Made by a program: the position numbers and the translations under genes
Assembly (NCBI GenBank): GCA_036274675.1
Contig: DASUFE010000122.1
Span: forward strand, 14,095 to 78,094
Length of the DNA stretch: 64,000 nucleotides
Source of the DNA: Gammaproteobacteria bacterium
GTDB taxonomy: Bacteria; Pseudomonadota; Gammaproteobacteria; HTCC5015
Direction of reading: 5' to 3'
Notes under the pieces: model-generated
Seen by the model: only the letters and a program-made list of their open reading frames with translations
Databases searched by the model: none
What the model was told of the DNA's origin: nothing
Shown: positions 28,512 to 38,664 of the stretch, in pieces
Layout: each line of letters starts with the position of its first letter
How positions within the stretch are numbered: position 1 is the first letter of the stretch

Positions 28512-29852
28512 CTAACTGATGATTAACTGAAGAGTCAGACAACCCGCCAGTCCCACCAGCGAGACGATCGTCTCCATCATCGTCCATGACTTGAAAGTAT
28601 CGAGAATGGACAGGTTGAAATATTCCTTGAACAGCCAGAAGCCGGTGTCGTTGACGGTGGAGAACGTCAGGCTGCCGGCGCCGATCGCCAGCACCAGCAG
28701 TTCGGGGCTGACGCCCGTCCCCTCGATCATCGGCGCCACGATACCGCCGGCGGTCAGCGCCGCGACGGTGGCGGAACCCAGAAACACGCGCAATGCGGCC
28801 GCGATGCCCCAGGCCAGCACCAGCGGCGAAACCTCGGTATCCTTGAGCGCGTCCACGATGTAGTCGCTGATGCCGCTGTCGACCAGCACTTCCTTGAACG
28901 CACCGCCCCCACCGATGATCAGCAGGATCATGGCGACGCCCTTGACCGATTCGCCCATGCCGTCCATCACGGATGACAGCGCCCGGCCCTGTTTCAGAGC
29001 GAGCGCGTAGACCGCCACCAGCAGGGAAATCAGCAGTGCGGTGACCGGCTCGCCGATAAAAATCAGGAAACGCAGGGGGAAGCTGTCTCCGCTCATTGTC
29101 AGCCTGGCAAAGGTCGCGATCGTCATCAGCAGCACCGGGGAGAGCGCGACCAGTATGCTGCTGCCGAAAGAAGGGATGCGTTCCGGCGGAATGTTGAGCG
29201 CCGGGAACAGTTTGTCCGGCGTAGCGGTCTTGTTGTCCCGGAACAGCCGGCCGAAAACCGGGCCCGCGATGATGATGGCCGGAATCGCGAGGACCAGGCC
29301 GTACAGCAGGGTCAGGCCGATATCGGCCTTATACATGACGGCGAGCGCGGTTGGCCCCGGGTGCGGCGGCAGAAAGCCATGCGTGACTGAAAGCGAAGCC
29401 GCCATCGGAATGCCCACATAGAGCGCGGGCAGTCCGGTCGAACGGGCGATCACGAATATGATGGGGATCAGTATCACGAAGCCCACGGTGTAGAACATCG
29501 GCACCCCGACGATGAAACCGGTGGCGATGACCGACCATTGGATGTATCGCAGGCCGAATTTCTCGATCAGCTTGTTGGCGATGTTTTGCGCCGCGCCGCT
29601 GTCCGCGATCAGCGAGCCCAGCATGGCGCCGAGCCCGAGTATCAATGCGAGCTGTCCGAGCGTTCCGCCCACGCCTTTCTCGATCGATTTCAACACGCAG
29701 GTCTTCACGGTCTCGGAGCAGACCATGGGCATGCCCTGTGCGAGGCCGACCCCGATGGCGACCAGGATGAGCGCGATAAAGGCGTTGAATCGCAGCTTGA
29801 TGATCAGGAACAACAGTGCGGCGATGCCGGCGATGACGATGATGATGGGCAT
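28512..29852 (-). CDS. GntP-family gluconate:H+ symporter
   Basis: 446 aa and highly hydrophobic. MPIIIVIAGIAALLFLIIKLRFNAFIALILVAIGVGLAQGMP is a typical GntP N-terminus. It lies 39 nt downstream of the kinase gene. Confidence 0.88.
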   Translation of the reverse strand: MPIIIVIAGIAALLFLIIKLRFNAFIALILVAIGVGLAQGMPMVCSETVKTCVLKSIEKGVGGTLGQLALILGLGAMLGSLIADSGAAQNIANKLIEKFGLRYIQWSVIATGFIVGVPMFYTVGFVILIPIIFVIARSTGLPALYVGIPMAASLSVTHGFLPPHPGPTALAVMYKADIGLTLLYGLVLAIPAIIIAGPVFGRLFRDNKTATPDKLFPALNIPPERIPSFGSSILVALSPVLLMTIATFARLTMSGDSFPLRFLIFIGEPVTALLISLLVAVYALALKQGRALSSVMDGMGESVKGVAMILLIIGGGGAFKEVLVDSGISDYIVDALKDTEVSPLVLAWGIAAALRVFLGSATVAALTAGGIVAPMIEGTGVSPELLVLAIGAGSLTFSTVNDTGFWLFKEYFNLSILDTFKSWTMMETIVSLVGLAGCLTLQLIIS

Positions 29853-29891
29853 GGCTACTCCTTATATATCTTCATATATCTTCTTAAATTT

Positions 29892-31385
29892 TCAGTTTTC
29901 AACCTGTATTCGCGCCGTCGGCATATGCCGCAGATAAGCGGCCACCGAATCGCGGTAGCGCGCGGAAATTTCCCGGTAGATCCCGTGGCGCGCCGCGTCG
30001 GGCGCGAATTCCTGCGGCGCCGGCTGGCGTTCGAGCAGCGTCCGTGCGTCGGCAGGCCTGCCGAGCGCGCGCAGTGCCAGGACAGCCGCCCCGCGCGCGG
30101 ATGCTTCCTCGCTGCGGTTGATGGAGACGGGCACTCCGAAAACATCCGCCAGCATCTGCGCGATGATGCCCGAACGGGCAAGCCCGCCGTTGAGATGCAG
30201 TCGCGGTATGGGGCCCGCCACCGCCGTCAGCACCCGGCCGATCTCGTGCAGGTTGAGCAACATGCCCTCGAGCACCGCGCGCAGGAAGTGCGCGCGGGTA
30301 TGATGCGCGCGCACACCGAGGAAGGCGCCGGTGACGTCCGGGTCCCACAGCGGTGCGCGCTCACCGAGTATGAAGGGCAGGAACAGCAGCCCTTCTGCGC
30401 CCGGCTCGACACGGGCGACTGCGGCGAGCAACTGTTCAAGATCGGACTCGGCGCATAGCGATTTCGCGAACCATTGCGTCAGATTGCCGCCGTTGTTGCT
30501 GGCGCCGCCGCTGATGTAGCAGCCGCGGTGCAGGATGTAATTGAAAACACGCCCCAGCGGGTCATCGACCGCTTGTGTGGTCTGCCGTCGCAGTGCGGCG
30601 CTGGTGCCCAGCGTCACGACCGCGTCCTGTTCCGAGAACACCAGTGCGCCCAGGTTGGCGAGGCAGCCGTCGCTGGCGCCGATGATCCAGGGTGTATCCG
30701 ACGGAATCCCCATCATGGACGCCCCCTTTGTATCGAGCCCCTCCAGCCGGTGCAGGCTGTCCACCGGCGCCGGCAGGCGCTCCGCGCCGACGCCGGCGAA
30801 ATCGAGCGCCGGCCGGTACCAGTCGTAATTGAAAATATCGAACAGTCCGGAGGCCGAAGCGATGGAGTAGTCGACGAGCTTGCGCCCGAACAGGCGGGCG
30901 ACGATGAATTCCTTGATGCCCAGGAACATCGCCGCTTGCCCGAATACCTCCGGTTGCCTCTGGCGCAACCAGGCGATCTTGATCAACGGCGACATCGGGT
31001 GTACGGGTGTGCCGGTTTTGCGATAGATATCCCGGCCGGGGGAGGTGTCGCGCAGCGCGTTCGCGACGGCGCTGCCGCGCAGATCGGCCCAACTCATGCA
31101 GCGTGTCAGCGGACTATCGTTTTTGTCGAGCGCGATCAGACTGTGCATCGCGCTGCTCAACGCGACGGCAACCGGCTTGCCGCGCAGGCGCTTTTGCACC
31201 TCTGCGGCACAGTGGGTCACGGCTTCGAAGATTTTCACCGGGTCCTGTTCCTGCCACTGCCGGTGTTGTTCGTTGATCAGGAAGGAGCAGGGGATCGAGG
31301 CGTCGCCGGCGGGCATCGCCGCCTCATCGAAGGCGACCGCTTTGATATTGGTGGAGCCGATGTCCAGGGCGAGTATGTAATCCAT
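29892..31385 (-). CDS. FGGY-family carbohydrate kinase, probable gluconokinase
   Basis: ORF 29892..31463, start set at MDYILALDIGSTNIKAVAFDE (ATG at 31385). FGGY N- and C-domain blocks are present (GASDGCLANLG, LNGGLARS). The substrate is inferred only from the adjacent GntP permease. Confidence 0.8.
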   Translation of the reverse strand: MDYILALDIGSTNIKAVAFDEAAMPAGDASIPCSFLINEQHRQWQEQDPVKIFEAVTHCAAEVQKRLRGKPVAVALSSAMHSLIALDKNDSPLTRCMSWADLRGSAVANALRDTSPGRDIYRKTGTPVHPMSPLIKIAWLRQRQPEVFGQAAMFLGIKEFIVARLFGRKLVDYSIASASGLFDIFNYDWYRPALDFAGVGAERLPAPVDSLHRLEGLDTKGASMMGIPSDTPWIIGASDGCLANLGALVFSEQDAVVTLGTSAALRRQTTQAVDDPLGRVFNYILHRGCYISGGASNNGGNLTQWFAKSLCAESDLEQLLAAVARVEPGAEGLLFLPFILGERAPLWDPDVTGAFLGVRAHHTRAHFLRAVLEGMLLNLHEIGRVLTAVAGPIPRLHLNGGLARSGIIAQMLADVFGVPVSINRSEEASARGAAVLALRALGRPADARTLLERQPAPQEFAPDAARHGIYREISARYRDSVAAYLRHMPTARIQVEN

Positions 31386-31586
31386 AAGTCCCGCACTATA
31401 GTACGGAGCGCGCAACCGCGCACGGGCTTTGTGCGGCAACGGCCAACGCCTGCTACCTCGCAAAGAACCTCTTGGCGGGGCTGCGCAATCACTTTATGAT
31501 GGCGTACGCCCGCGGCTATCAGCAGCTTTAACAACGGCGACTTTAAAATATAAAGGGCGTTTGCTAAAACCACCACCGGAGATTAT

Positions 31587-33008
31587 ATGCGACTGCTACG
31601 CACCAAGCCGATCGACTCGGATATGACCCGGGATACCGGATTGAAGCGGGTACTGGGCCCCATGCACCTGACCTTGATGGGCATAGGCGCCATTATCGGC
31701 ACCGGGATTTTCGTGCTCACCGGCATCGGCGCCGCCAACTATGCAGGTCCCGCGCTGGTGCTGTCCTTCGTGCTCGCGGGTTTTGCCTGCGCCTGCGCGG
31801 CGCTGGCCTACGCGGAGCTGGCTTCCTCCATCGGCGGCAGCGGCAGCGCCTACAGTTACGGTTACGCCGGTCTCGGCGAGCTGCCGGCCTGGATCATCGG
31901 CTGGATGTTGATTCTGGAATACGCGGTCGCGACCTCCGCCGTGTCGGTCGGCTGGTCGGGCTACATGAACAATGCGATGCAGGCGGTCGGCCTCGGCCTG
32001 CCGGATGCGCTGCTGCATTCGCCTTTCGACCATCAGCACCCCGGCTATATCAACCTGCCGGCAACGCTGATTATCCTGCTGCTGGGCGTATTGCTGGGCA
32101 TAGGCGTGCATCTCAGCGCGCAGTTCAACGCGGTGATGGTTTTTATAAAAGTGACGGCCATCCTGCTGTTTATCGCGGTAGCTGCTTTTAACGTCGATGT
32201 CGCCAACTGGACTCCGTTTATCCCGGAACCGCATCTGAATCCCAAGGGGGAAATGGCGTATGGCTGGAGCGGCATCGCGGCCGGCGCCGCCGTGATATTT
32301 TTCGCCTATATCGGCTTCGACGCGGTATCGACCGCGGCCGAAGAATCCGCAAACCCGCAACGCGATCTGCCGATTGGTATCCTCGCCTCGCTCGCGGTCT
32401 GCACCATCCTTTATATAATCGTTTCCTGGCTGCTGACCGGCGTGGTGCCCTACCAGGAACTCGGCACACCTTCGCCTGTATCCGATGCGCTGCTGCGCGT
32501 CGGCATCAACTGGGCCGCCGGCGTGATCGCACTCGGCGCGATCGCGGGCCTGACCACCGTCATGCTGATCCTGTATTACGCCCTGACCCGAATCCTGTTC
32601 TCCATTTCGCGTGACGGCCTGTTGCCGCCGTTCTTCGCCGGCATCAATCCTCGCACCAAAACGCCCGTGCGCGTGATCGTGTTGACCGGCATCATCATGG
32701 CTTTTATCGGCGGCATGATTCCGCTCGGCGATCTCGCGGAGCTCACCAACATGGGCACGCTGGGCGCTTTCGTGGTGGTATGTCTCGGCGTCATCATGCT
32801 GCGGCGCTCGCATCCCGAGCTGCCGCGCCCATTCAAGACGCCGTTCAATCCGCTGATCCCGTTGCTCGGCGTTATCTCCTGCGGGTATCTTATGATCAAC
32901 CTGCAACACACGACCTGGATCGCCTTCGTGATCTGGAACGCCATCGGTCTCGCGATCTATTTCGGCTACTCCTACCGCTCCAGCCGGCTTAACGGCGCTT
33001 CAAGATAA
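31587..33008 (+). CDS. APC-superfamily amino-acid permease (cationic amino-acid transporter-like)
   Basis: LKRVLGPMHLTLMGIGAIIGTGIFVLTG, about 12 TM segments, 473 aa. Confidence 0.88.
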   Translation: MRLLRTKPIDSDMTRDTGLKRVLGPMHLTLMGIGAIIGTGIFVLTGIGAANYAGPALVLSFVLAGFACACAALAYAELASSIGGSGSAYSYGYAGLGELPAWIIGWMLILEYAVATSAVSVGWSGYMNNAMQAVGLGLPDALLHSPFDHQHPGYINLPATLIILLLGVLLGIGVHLSAQFNAVMVFIKVTAILLFIAVAAFNVDVANWTPFIPEPHLNPKGEMAYGWSGIAAGAAVIFFAYIGFDAVSTAAEESANPQRDLPIGILASLAVCTILYIIVSWLLTGVVPYQELGTPSPVSDALLRVGINWAAGVIALGAIAGLTTVMLILYYALTRILFSISRDGLLPPFFAGINPRTKTPVRVIVLTGIIMAFIGGMIPLGDLAELTNMGTLGAFVVVCLGVIMLRRSHPELPRPFKTPFNPLIPLLGVISCGYLMINLQHTTWIAFVIWNAIGLAIYFGYSYRSSRLNGASR

Positions 33009-33017
33009 GCATTCAAC

Positions 33018-33049
33018 GGTGATCGGCGCCCGCCGATCACCGCCTTTTC
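33018..33049 (+). terminator. Intrinsic terminator of the permease gene
   Basis: ggtgatcggcg-cc-cgccgatcacc stem followed by gccttttcg. Confidence 0.7.
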
Positions 33050-33135
33050 GTCCATTGCCCCCTGGACCGGTAAAAGCCCCCGGGGTAATAATGTCCCGTT
33101 CGGGTTCTTGACCACAATAATTCCAAGGGGCTGCC

Positions 33136-36100
33136 ATGAAGACTCTGTTGCGCATTTCATTAGTTCTGCTGGTTTCCGTGCTGTTGCTTTCCGCCTGCGA
33201 TAAAAAGGGAAAACCCGGCGATCCGCGCTGGAGCGAATATATCAGCGAACACAGCACGGGCATGCTTTCCCGGCAGTCCGAGATCCGGCTGCGCTTTGTC
33301 AACGATGTGGCCGAGGAGGCGCAGATAGGTCATGACGCCTCGGATATCGTAACGACCAGTCCAAAAGTCTCCGGCAGCACTCTCTATAGCGGACGTCGCG
33401 AAATCGTGATCAAGGCGGACAAGGGTCTTGAGCCCGGCGAGCGTTACCTGGTCAGGGTGCATGCAAAGAACGTGAAGGGCGCGCCCTCGGACCTGGCGGA
33501 TTACGAGTTCCCGGTCGAAGTCATAAAGCAGAGTTTCGAAGTGAGCATCGCCGGCCTGGTGACGGATTCCACCGACACCAAGCGCCAGTCGCTGCTCGGC
33601 AGCCTGGTCACGGCGGACGTCGAGGATGCGCAGAAAGTCGAGAAAGTCCTGTCGGCCGAACTGGGCGGCAAGGAACTGCCGCTGAAGTGGCAGCATGGCA
33701 TTGACGGCCGCACCCATGAATTCAGGGTCAACGATATCCGCCGCGGCGACAATGCGGCCGAACTGGTGGTGATATGGGACGGCGACGCCATCGGCGTGGA
33801 TAACGAGGGGAGAACTTCGATCGATGTGCCCGCGTCGGGGGATTTCACGGTACTCAAGGCGGAGGCCGTCAGGGGCGACCGCCAGTATATACAAATCGTC
33901 TTCTCCGACCGGCTGGACGCCGCCCAGTCGATGGAGGGTCTGATCCGCCTGAGTGAAGGCGAGTTCTCGCTGCGCGTGGAGGGCAATATAGTCAAGCTGT
34001 ATCCGGAGAACGCGGCCCATGGCAACTATACGGTCAGCGTCGAGCAGGGCATTCGCAACGAATCCGGCGCGCGCATCCAGAAGAGCGCGCAGTATGAAGT
34101 ATTTTTCGAGGCGCAGAAACCGCAGGTCCGTTTCGCGGGAAGCGGCGTGATACTGCCCGAGAACCAGTTCCTGACGATCCCGTTCGAGGCGATCAACGCG
34201 CGCTCGGTTCAGGTCACGGCGTTCCGCGTTTTCGAAAACAATGTCGGCCAGTTCCTGCAGTCCAACAAGCTGGACGGGGGAGAGGAGATGGGCCGGGTCG
34301 GCCGCTTCCTGTGGCGCAAGACGATCGATCTCGGCAAGGTGGACGGCAACAAGTGGAACCGGTTCTCGCTCGACGCGACCCGCCTGTTGAAGGAGCATCC
34401 GGGCGGCCTGTTCCGGTTGACGCTTTCGATCAATCGCGGCAACGCCGTCCTTTCCTGCACGGACGCTGAAAACGCGGTCCCGGTCGAGAAAGAGTCGCCG
34501 CCGGCGGATAACGAGGATCTCTACGTCACCGATTCCAGCGGCTGGGACTATGCCGAGGAATATTTCGGCGAATACTCGTATCCGCAGTGGACCCAGCGCA
34601 ACAATCCCTGCAGCGACGCGTACTACCGCTACGGCTCCGGCGTCAGCGATTCGCGAAATTTCATCTCTTCGAATATCGGCTTGATTGCGAAACAGGACGG
34701 GCGCGAACTCCTGCGAGTCGTCACCACGAATCTCAAAACCGCGGCGCCGATGTCCGGCGTCAAGGTCGAGGTCCGGAACTTCCAGGACCAGACGATCGGC
34801 AGCGCCGACAGCGACTCGCAGGGTTTTGCGGAAGTCAAAATCAAGGGCGTTCCCTTTTACGTGATCGCGCAGAAAGAGGCGCGGAAAGGCTATCTCAAGA
34901 CCAACACCGCGACCGCGCTCCCGGTCAGCCATTTCGACGTCGGCGGCGAGAGCGTCAAAGCCGGCATCAAAGGGTATATCTACGGCGAGCGCGGCGTGTG
35001 GCGCCCGGGCGACGATATCCACCTTACGTTCGTGCTCGAGGACAAGGACGGCCTGATTCCCGAAGGCCATCCCGTCAGCATGCAGCTGTACAATCCCCAA
35101 GGCCAGCTTATGCAATCGCTGGTAAACGGCAGTCCGGTGGGGGATTTCTACGTCTTCACGCTTAAAACCGACGATAATGCGCCGACCGGGAACTGGACGG
35201 CGAAAGCCATTCTGGGCGGCAGCGTTTTCGAGAAAAAACTGAAAATCGAGACGGTGATGCCGAACCGCCTCAAGGTGGAGCTGGATTTCGGCAAGGACGT
35301 GCTGTACCGGTCCGAGACATCGCAGCAACAGGCGACGCTGTTCGCGCAGTGGCTGCACGGCGCCGACGCGGCCAACCTGCGCGCGAACGTGGATGTGGAT
35401 TTCACGGCGGTCCCGACGGCGTTCACTCGCGCGGCGGATTACGTCTTCGACGACCCCACGCGCCAGTTCAGCAGCGAACCTGAATCCGTGTTTGACGGCG
35501 CGCTCGATGCCCGCGGCTACGCAACCTTTTCCGGAGGCATCTGGCCGCGCGGCGATGCGCCCGGAATGCTGCAGGCGAATTTCACGTCGCGCGTGTTCGA
35601 GGAAGGGGGCGCTTTCAGCGTCAGCCATACCAGCCTGCCGTATCATCCCTATGACAACTACGTCGGAATCAAGCTTCCCAAGGGCGACGCCATACGCGGC
35701 ATGCTGCTGACCGATATCAAACATCCGGTCGAGATCGCCACGCTGAACGCAAAAGGCGAACCCGTTTCGTTGAAACAGGTGCAGGTGACGCTCTACAAGA
35801 TCGACTGGAGATGGTGGTGGGACAAGTCGGGCGAGACGCTGGCGCAGTACGCGAGCGCCGAGAACCACAGCCAGATCCAGCAGGCCGTGATTTCGACCGT
35901 CAACGGGCGCGGCGTGTGGGATCTCGAGGTGAAGTATCCGGACTGGGGGCGCTATCTCATTCGCGCCTGCGATCTCGACGGGGAGCACTGCAGCGGCAAG
36001 GTCTTCTATATCGATTGGCCGGGCTGGGCCGAACGCGCCCAGGAGGAAGGCGGCGTGGGCGCGAACGTGCTGACGCTGCTGCCCGACAAGAACCAGTACA

Positions 36101-38664
36101 ACGTCGGCGAAACCGCGCGCGTACGCCTGCCCGAGGCCTCGCAGGGCCGGGCCCTGGTCAGCATCGAGAACGGCGTACATGTATTGCAGCAGCGTTGGAT
36201 CGAGTTCGGCAAGGACAAAATCGAATTCGACTTCAAAGTGACGCGCGAAATGAGCCCGAACGTCTACATCAACGTAAGCCTGATCCAGCCGCATCAGGAT
36301 CGCGACAACGACCGCCCGATCCGGCTCTATGGAGTGGTTCCGGTCAAGGTTGACGATCCGGCGACAAGGCTTGCGCCGCAGCTGAAGGCGGCCGAGGAGT
36401 GGGCGCCGAACTCGCGGGTCGAGGTTCAGGTAAGCGAGGCGCAAGGCCGTGCGATGACCTACACGCTGGCCGTGGTTGACGAGGGCCTGCTCGGGCTTAC
36501 GAACTTCAAGACGCCCGACCTGCACGCGCAATTCTATAAGAAAGAGGCGCTGGGCGTGCCGACCTGGGATCTTTTCGACCAGGTCACGGGCGCCTACGGC
36601 GGCGAACTGGAGCGCCTGCTGGCGCTTGGCGGCGGCGAGGAGGGCGAGCTTGCAGAGGGTCAGGAAGAGAAGCGCTTCCCGCCGGTCGTGCGCTTTATCG
36701 GTCCGTTCGAGCTCGCAGCCGGCAAAACCGGAAAGCATGCGATCGATCTGCCGCAGTATATCGGAGCGGTGCGCGTCATGGTGGTCGCGGGCCGGAGCGG
36801 CGCCTATGGCGCGGCGGAAAAATCCGTGTTCGTGCGCGACGCGCTGTCGCTGCTGCCGACGGTGCCGCGCGTGCTGGGGCCGGATGAGGAGCTCACCGTT
36901 CCGGTTTCCGTGTTCGTCATGAAGGACGGCGTCAAACAGGTGAAGCTGAGCGTGGCAACCAGCCCTCATTTCACGGTAGTGGACAAAGCCCCGCAGACGC
37001 TCGACTTCAACGGCCAGGGCGAGCAACTCGGATTCATCAGGCTCAAGGTGCAGCCGGAACTCGGCAAGGGCCGGCTCAAGTTCAGCGCCGACGGCGGCGG
37101 CTATCATTCCGAATCGGAGATCTTCATCGATATCCGCGCCTCCAATCCGCAGACCCTGCAGCAGACCACGCAGGTGCTGAAGGCCGGCGGCGACTGGTCG
37201 GCGGACATAGTCCCGCACGGTCTGCCGGGCACCAACAAGGTCATGCTTGAAGTTTCCGCGGTGCCGCCGCTCAATATCGAGCGGCGGCTCGGCTACCTGA
37301 TCGCGTATCCGCACGGCTGCGTCGAACAGGTGACCTCGGCGGTATTCCCGCAGCTTTATCTCGCTTCGCTGGTGAAGCTGGATCAGCGCCAGAAACAGGA
37401 AATACAGAACAACATACAGGCGGGCATCGAGCGCCTGCGAGGGTTCCAGTCGGGCAACGGCGGCTTCCTGTACTGGCCGGGCGGCTGGAGCGCCGGCGTC
37501 AACGACTGGGCGACGAATTATGCCGGTCATTTCCTGGTGGAGGCGAGCCGGCTCGGTTATCAGGTGCCGTCCGATATGCTGACATCCTGGATCAATTACC
37601 AGACGCAGGCCGCGCAATCGCGCATCACCGCCACCGGCCAAACCCAGCTCGATCAGGCGTACCGTCTTTACACGCTGGCCCTCGCCAACAAGCCGGATAT
37701 CGGATCGATGAACCGGTTGCGCGAGTTGGGCGGTCTCGACTCGGTAACCCGCTGGCAGCTTGCGGCCGCCTACAAACTGGCGGGACAGACCGACGCGGCG
37801 CAGGACCTGGTCGATCGCGACAGCTTCAGGTTCCGCAACTACGCCACGCCCGACGACACTTTCGGTTCCGTACTGCGCGACCAGGCGATTGTCCTGAACG
37901 GCCTGGTGCTGCTCGGCGACGACCGTGCGAAACGCCTGGCCGAAGACGTGTCCGACGGCCTCTACGCGGACAGGTGGTACAGCACGCAGTCGGTCGCCTA
38001 CGCGCTGCTGGCGATGGCGAAATTCACCGGCGCGGACGGACTTGACGACAAAGTACGGTTCACCTACAGCGCCGGCGGCCCGGCGAAGCAGGTCGAAATG
38101 GAAGCGCCGATCTATACCGCCGAACTGGCCGATTTCCCGGCGGCGGGCGCGCCGGTAAAACTTGAAAACGAGTCCAGGCGCAAACTCTACGCCACGATCC
38201 TGAGTACGGGCGTGCCGAGGGCCGGTTCCGAAACGGCCGCCGCCGACGGCCTGCGCCTTGAAATAAGTTATACCGACAAGGAAGGGCATGCGCTTGATGT
38301 ATCCGCGCTGACGCAGGGCGTCGACTTCATCGCGACGGCCCGGGTGCGCAACCTGACCGAGCGGCAGATCGACAATATCGCGCTCACGCACATCGTGCCC
38401 TCGGGCTGGGAAATCCACAACCCGCGCATGAGCGGCGCGGACGAGGGCGCCGCGGCCATCGATTACCAGGATATCCGCGACGACCGGGTGCTGACTTATT
38501 TCAACCTGAAGCCGCAGCAGGAGAAGAGCTTCCAGGTGTTGCTGAACGCGGCATATCTCGGCCGCTACTATCTGCCGAGCGTCACCGTCGAGGCGATGTA
38601 CGACGCCACCCGGCACGCGCATACCATGGGCCAATGGATCCAGGTGGAAAAAGGCGCGCGCTGA
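33136..38664 (+). CDS. Bacterial alpha-2-macroglobulin family lipoprotein (YfhM/ECAM type) with an intact thioester motif
   Basis: 1842 aa. Lipoprotein signal MKTLLRISLVLLVSVLLLSAC. The sequence has a long all-beta, MG-domain-like character. The thioester block is AYPHGCVEQVTSAVFP. It is followed immediately by pbpC. Confidence 0.92.
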   Translation: MKTLLRISLVLLVSVLLLSACDKKGKPGDPRWSEYISEHSTGMLSRQSEIRLRFVNDVAEEAQIGHDASDIVTTSPKVSGSTLYSGRREIVIKADKGLEPGERYLVRVHAKNVKGAPSDLADYEFPVEVIKQSFEVSIAGLVTDSTDTKRQSLLGSLVTADVEDAQKVEKVLSAELGGKELPLKWQHGIDGRTHEFRVNDIRRGDNAAELVVIWDGDAIGVDNEGRTSIDVPASGDFTVLKAEAVRGDRQYIQIVFSDRLDAAQSMEGLIRLSEGEFSLRVEGNIVKLYPENAAHGNYTVSVEQGIRNESGARIQKSAQYEVFFEAQKPQVRFAGSGVILPENQFLTIPFEAINARSVQVTAFRVFENNVGQFLQSNKLDGGEEMGRVGRFLWRKTIDLGKVDGNKWNRFSLDATRLLKEHPGGLFRLTLSINRGNAVLSCTDAENAVPVEKESPPADNEDLYVTDSSGWDYAEEYFGEYSYPQWTQRNNPCSDAYYRYGSGVSDSRNFISSNIGLIAKQDGRELLRVVTTNLKTAAPMSGVKVEVRNFQDQTIGSADSDSQGFAEVKIKGVPFYVIAQKEARKGYLKTNTATALPVSHFDVGGESVKAGIKGYIYGERGVWRPGDDIHLTFVLEDKDGLIPEGHPVSMQLYNPQGQLMQSLVNGSPVGDFYVFTLKTDDNAPTGNWTAKAILGGSVFEKKLKIETVMPNRLKVELDFGKDVLYRSETSQQQATLFAQWLHGADAANLRANVDVDFTAVPTAFTRAADYVFDDPTRQFSSEPESVFDGALDARGYATFSGGIWPRGDAPGMLQANFTSRVFEEGGAFSVSHTSLPYHPYDNYVGIKLPKGDAIRGMLLTDIKHPVEIATLNAKGEPVSLKQVQVTLYKIDWRWWWDKSGETLAQYASAENHSQIQQAVISTVNGRGVWDLEVKYPDWGRYLIRACDLDGEHCSGKVFYIDWPGWAERAQEEGGVGANVLTLLPDKNQYNVGETARVRLPEASQGRALVSIENGVHVLQQRWIEFGKDKIEFDFKVTREMSPNVYINVSLIQPHQDRDNDRPIRLYGVVPVKVDDPATRLAPQLKAAEEWAPNSRVEVQVSEAQGRAMTYTLAVVDEGLLGLTNFKTPDLHAQFYKKEALGVPTWDLFDQVTGAYGGELERLLALGGGEEGELAEGQEEKRFPPVVRFIGPFELAAGKTGKHAIDLPQYIGAVRVMVVAGRSGAYGAAEKSVFVRDALSLLPTVPRVLGPDEELTVPVSVFVMKDGVKQVKLSVATSPHFTVVDKAPQTLDFNGQGEQLGFIRLKVQPELGKGRLKFSADGGGYHSESEIFIDIRASNPQTLQQTTQVLKAGGDWSADIVPHGLPGTNKVMLEVSAVPPLNIERRLGYLIAYPHGCVEQVTSAVFPQLYLASLVKLDQRQKQEIQNNIQAGIERLRGFQSGNGGFLYWPGGWSAGVNDWATNYAGHFLVEASRLGYQVPSDMLTSWINYQTQAAQSRITATGQTQLDQAYRLYTLALANKPDIGSMNRLRELGGLDSVTRWQLAAAYKLAGQTDAAQDLVDRDSFRFRNYATPDDTFGSVLRDQAIVLNGLVLLGDDRAKRLAEDVSDGLYADRWYSTQSVAYALLAMAKFTGADGLDDKVRFTYSAGGPAKQVEMEAPIYTAELADFPAAGAPVKLENESRRKLYATILSTGVPRAGSETAAADGLRLEISYTDKEGHALDVSALTQGVDFIATARVRNLTERQIDNIALTHIVPSGWEIHNPRMSGADEGAAAIDYQDIRDDRVLTYFNLKPQQEKSFQVLLNAAYLGRYYLPSVTVEAMYDATRHAHTMGQWIQVEKGAR
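37318..37329 (+). other. CVEQ thioester motif (CxEQ) of the alpha-2-macroglobulin
   Basis: tgc-gtc-gaa-cag read in frame. Confidence 0.85.

Noticed and set aside
33160-38634. 1824-aa ORF on the minus strand exactly antisense to the alpha-2-macroglobulin gene
   Set aside because: Its composition is Arg/Ala/Gly/His-rich low-complexity sequence with no recognisable motifs. It mirrors the plus-strand gene, which has a lipoprotein signal, MG-domain character and the CVEQ thioester. Long stop-free antisense frames are expected in GC-rich genes, so I treat it as a shadow ORF.
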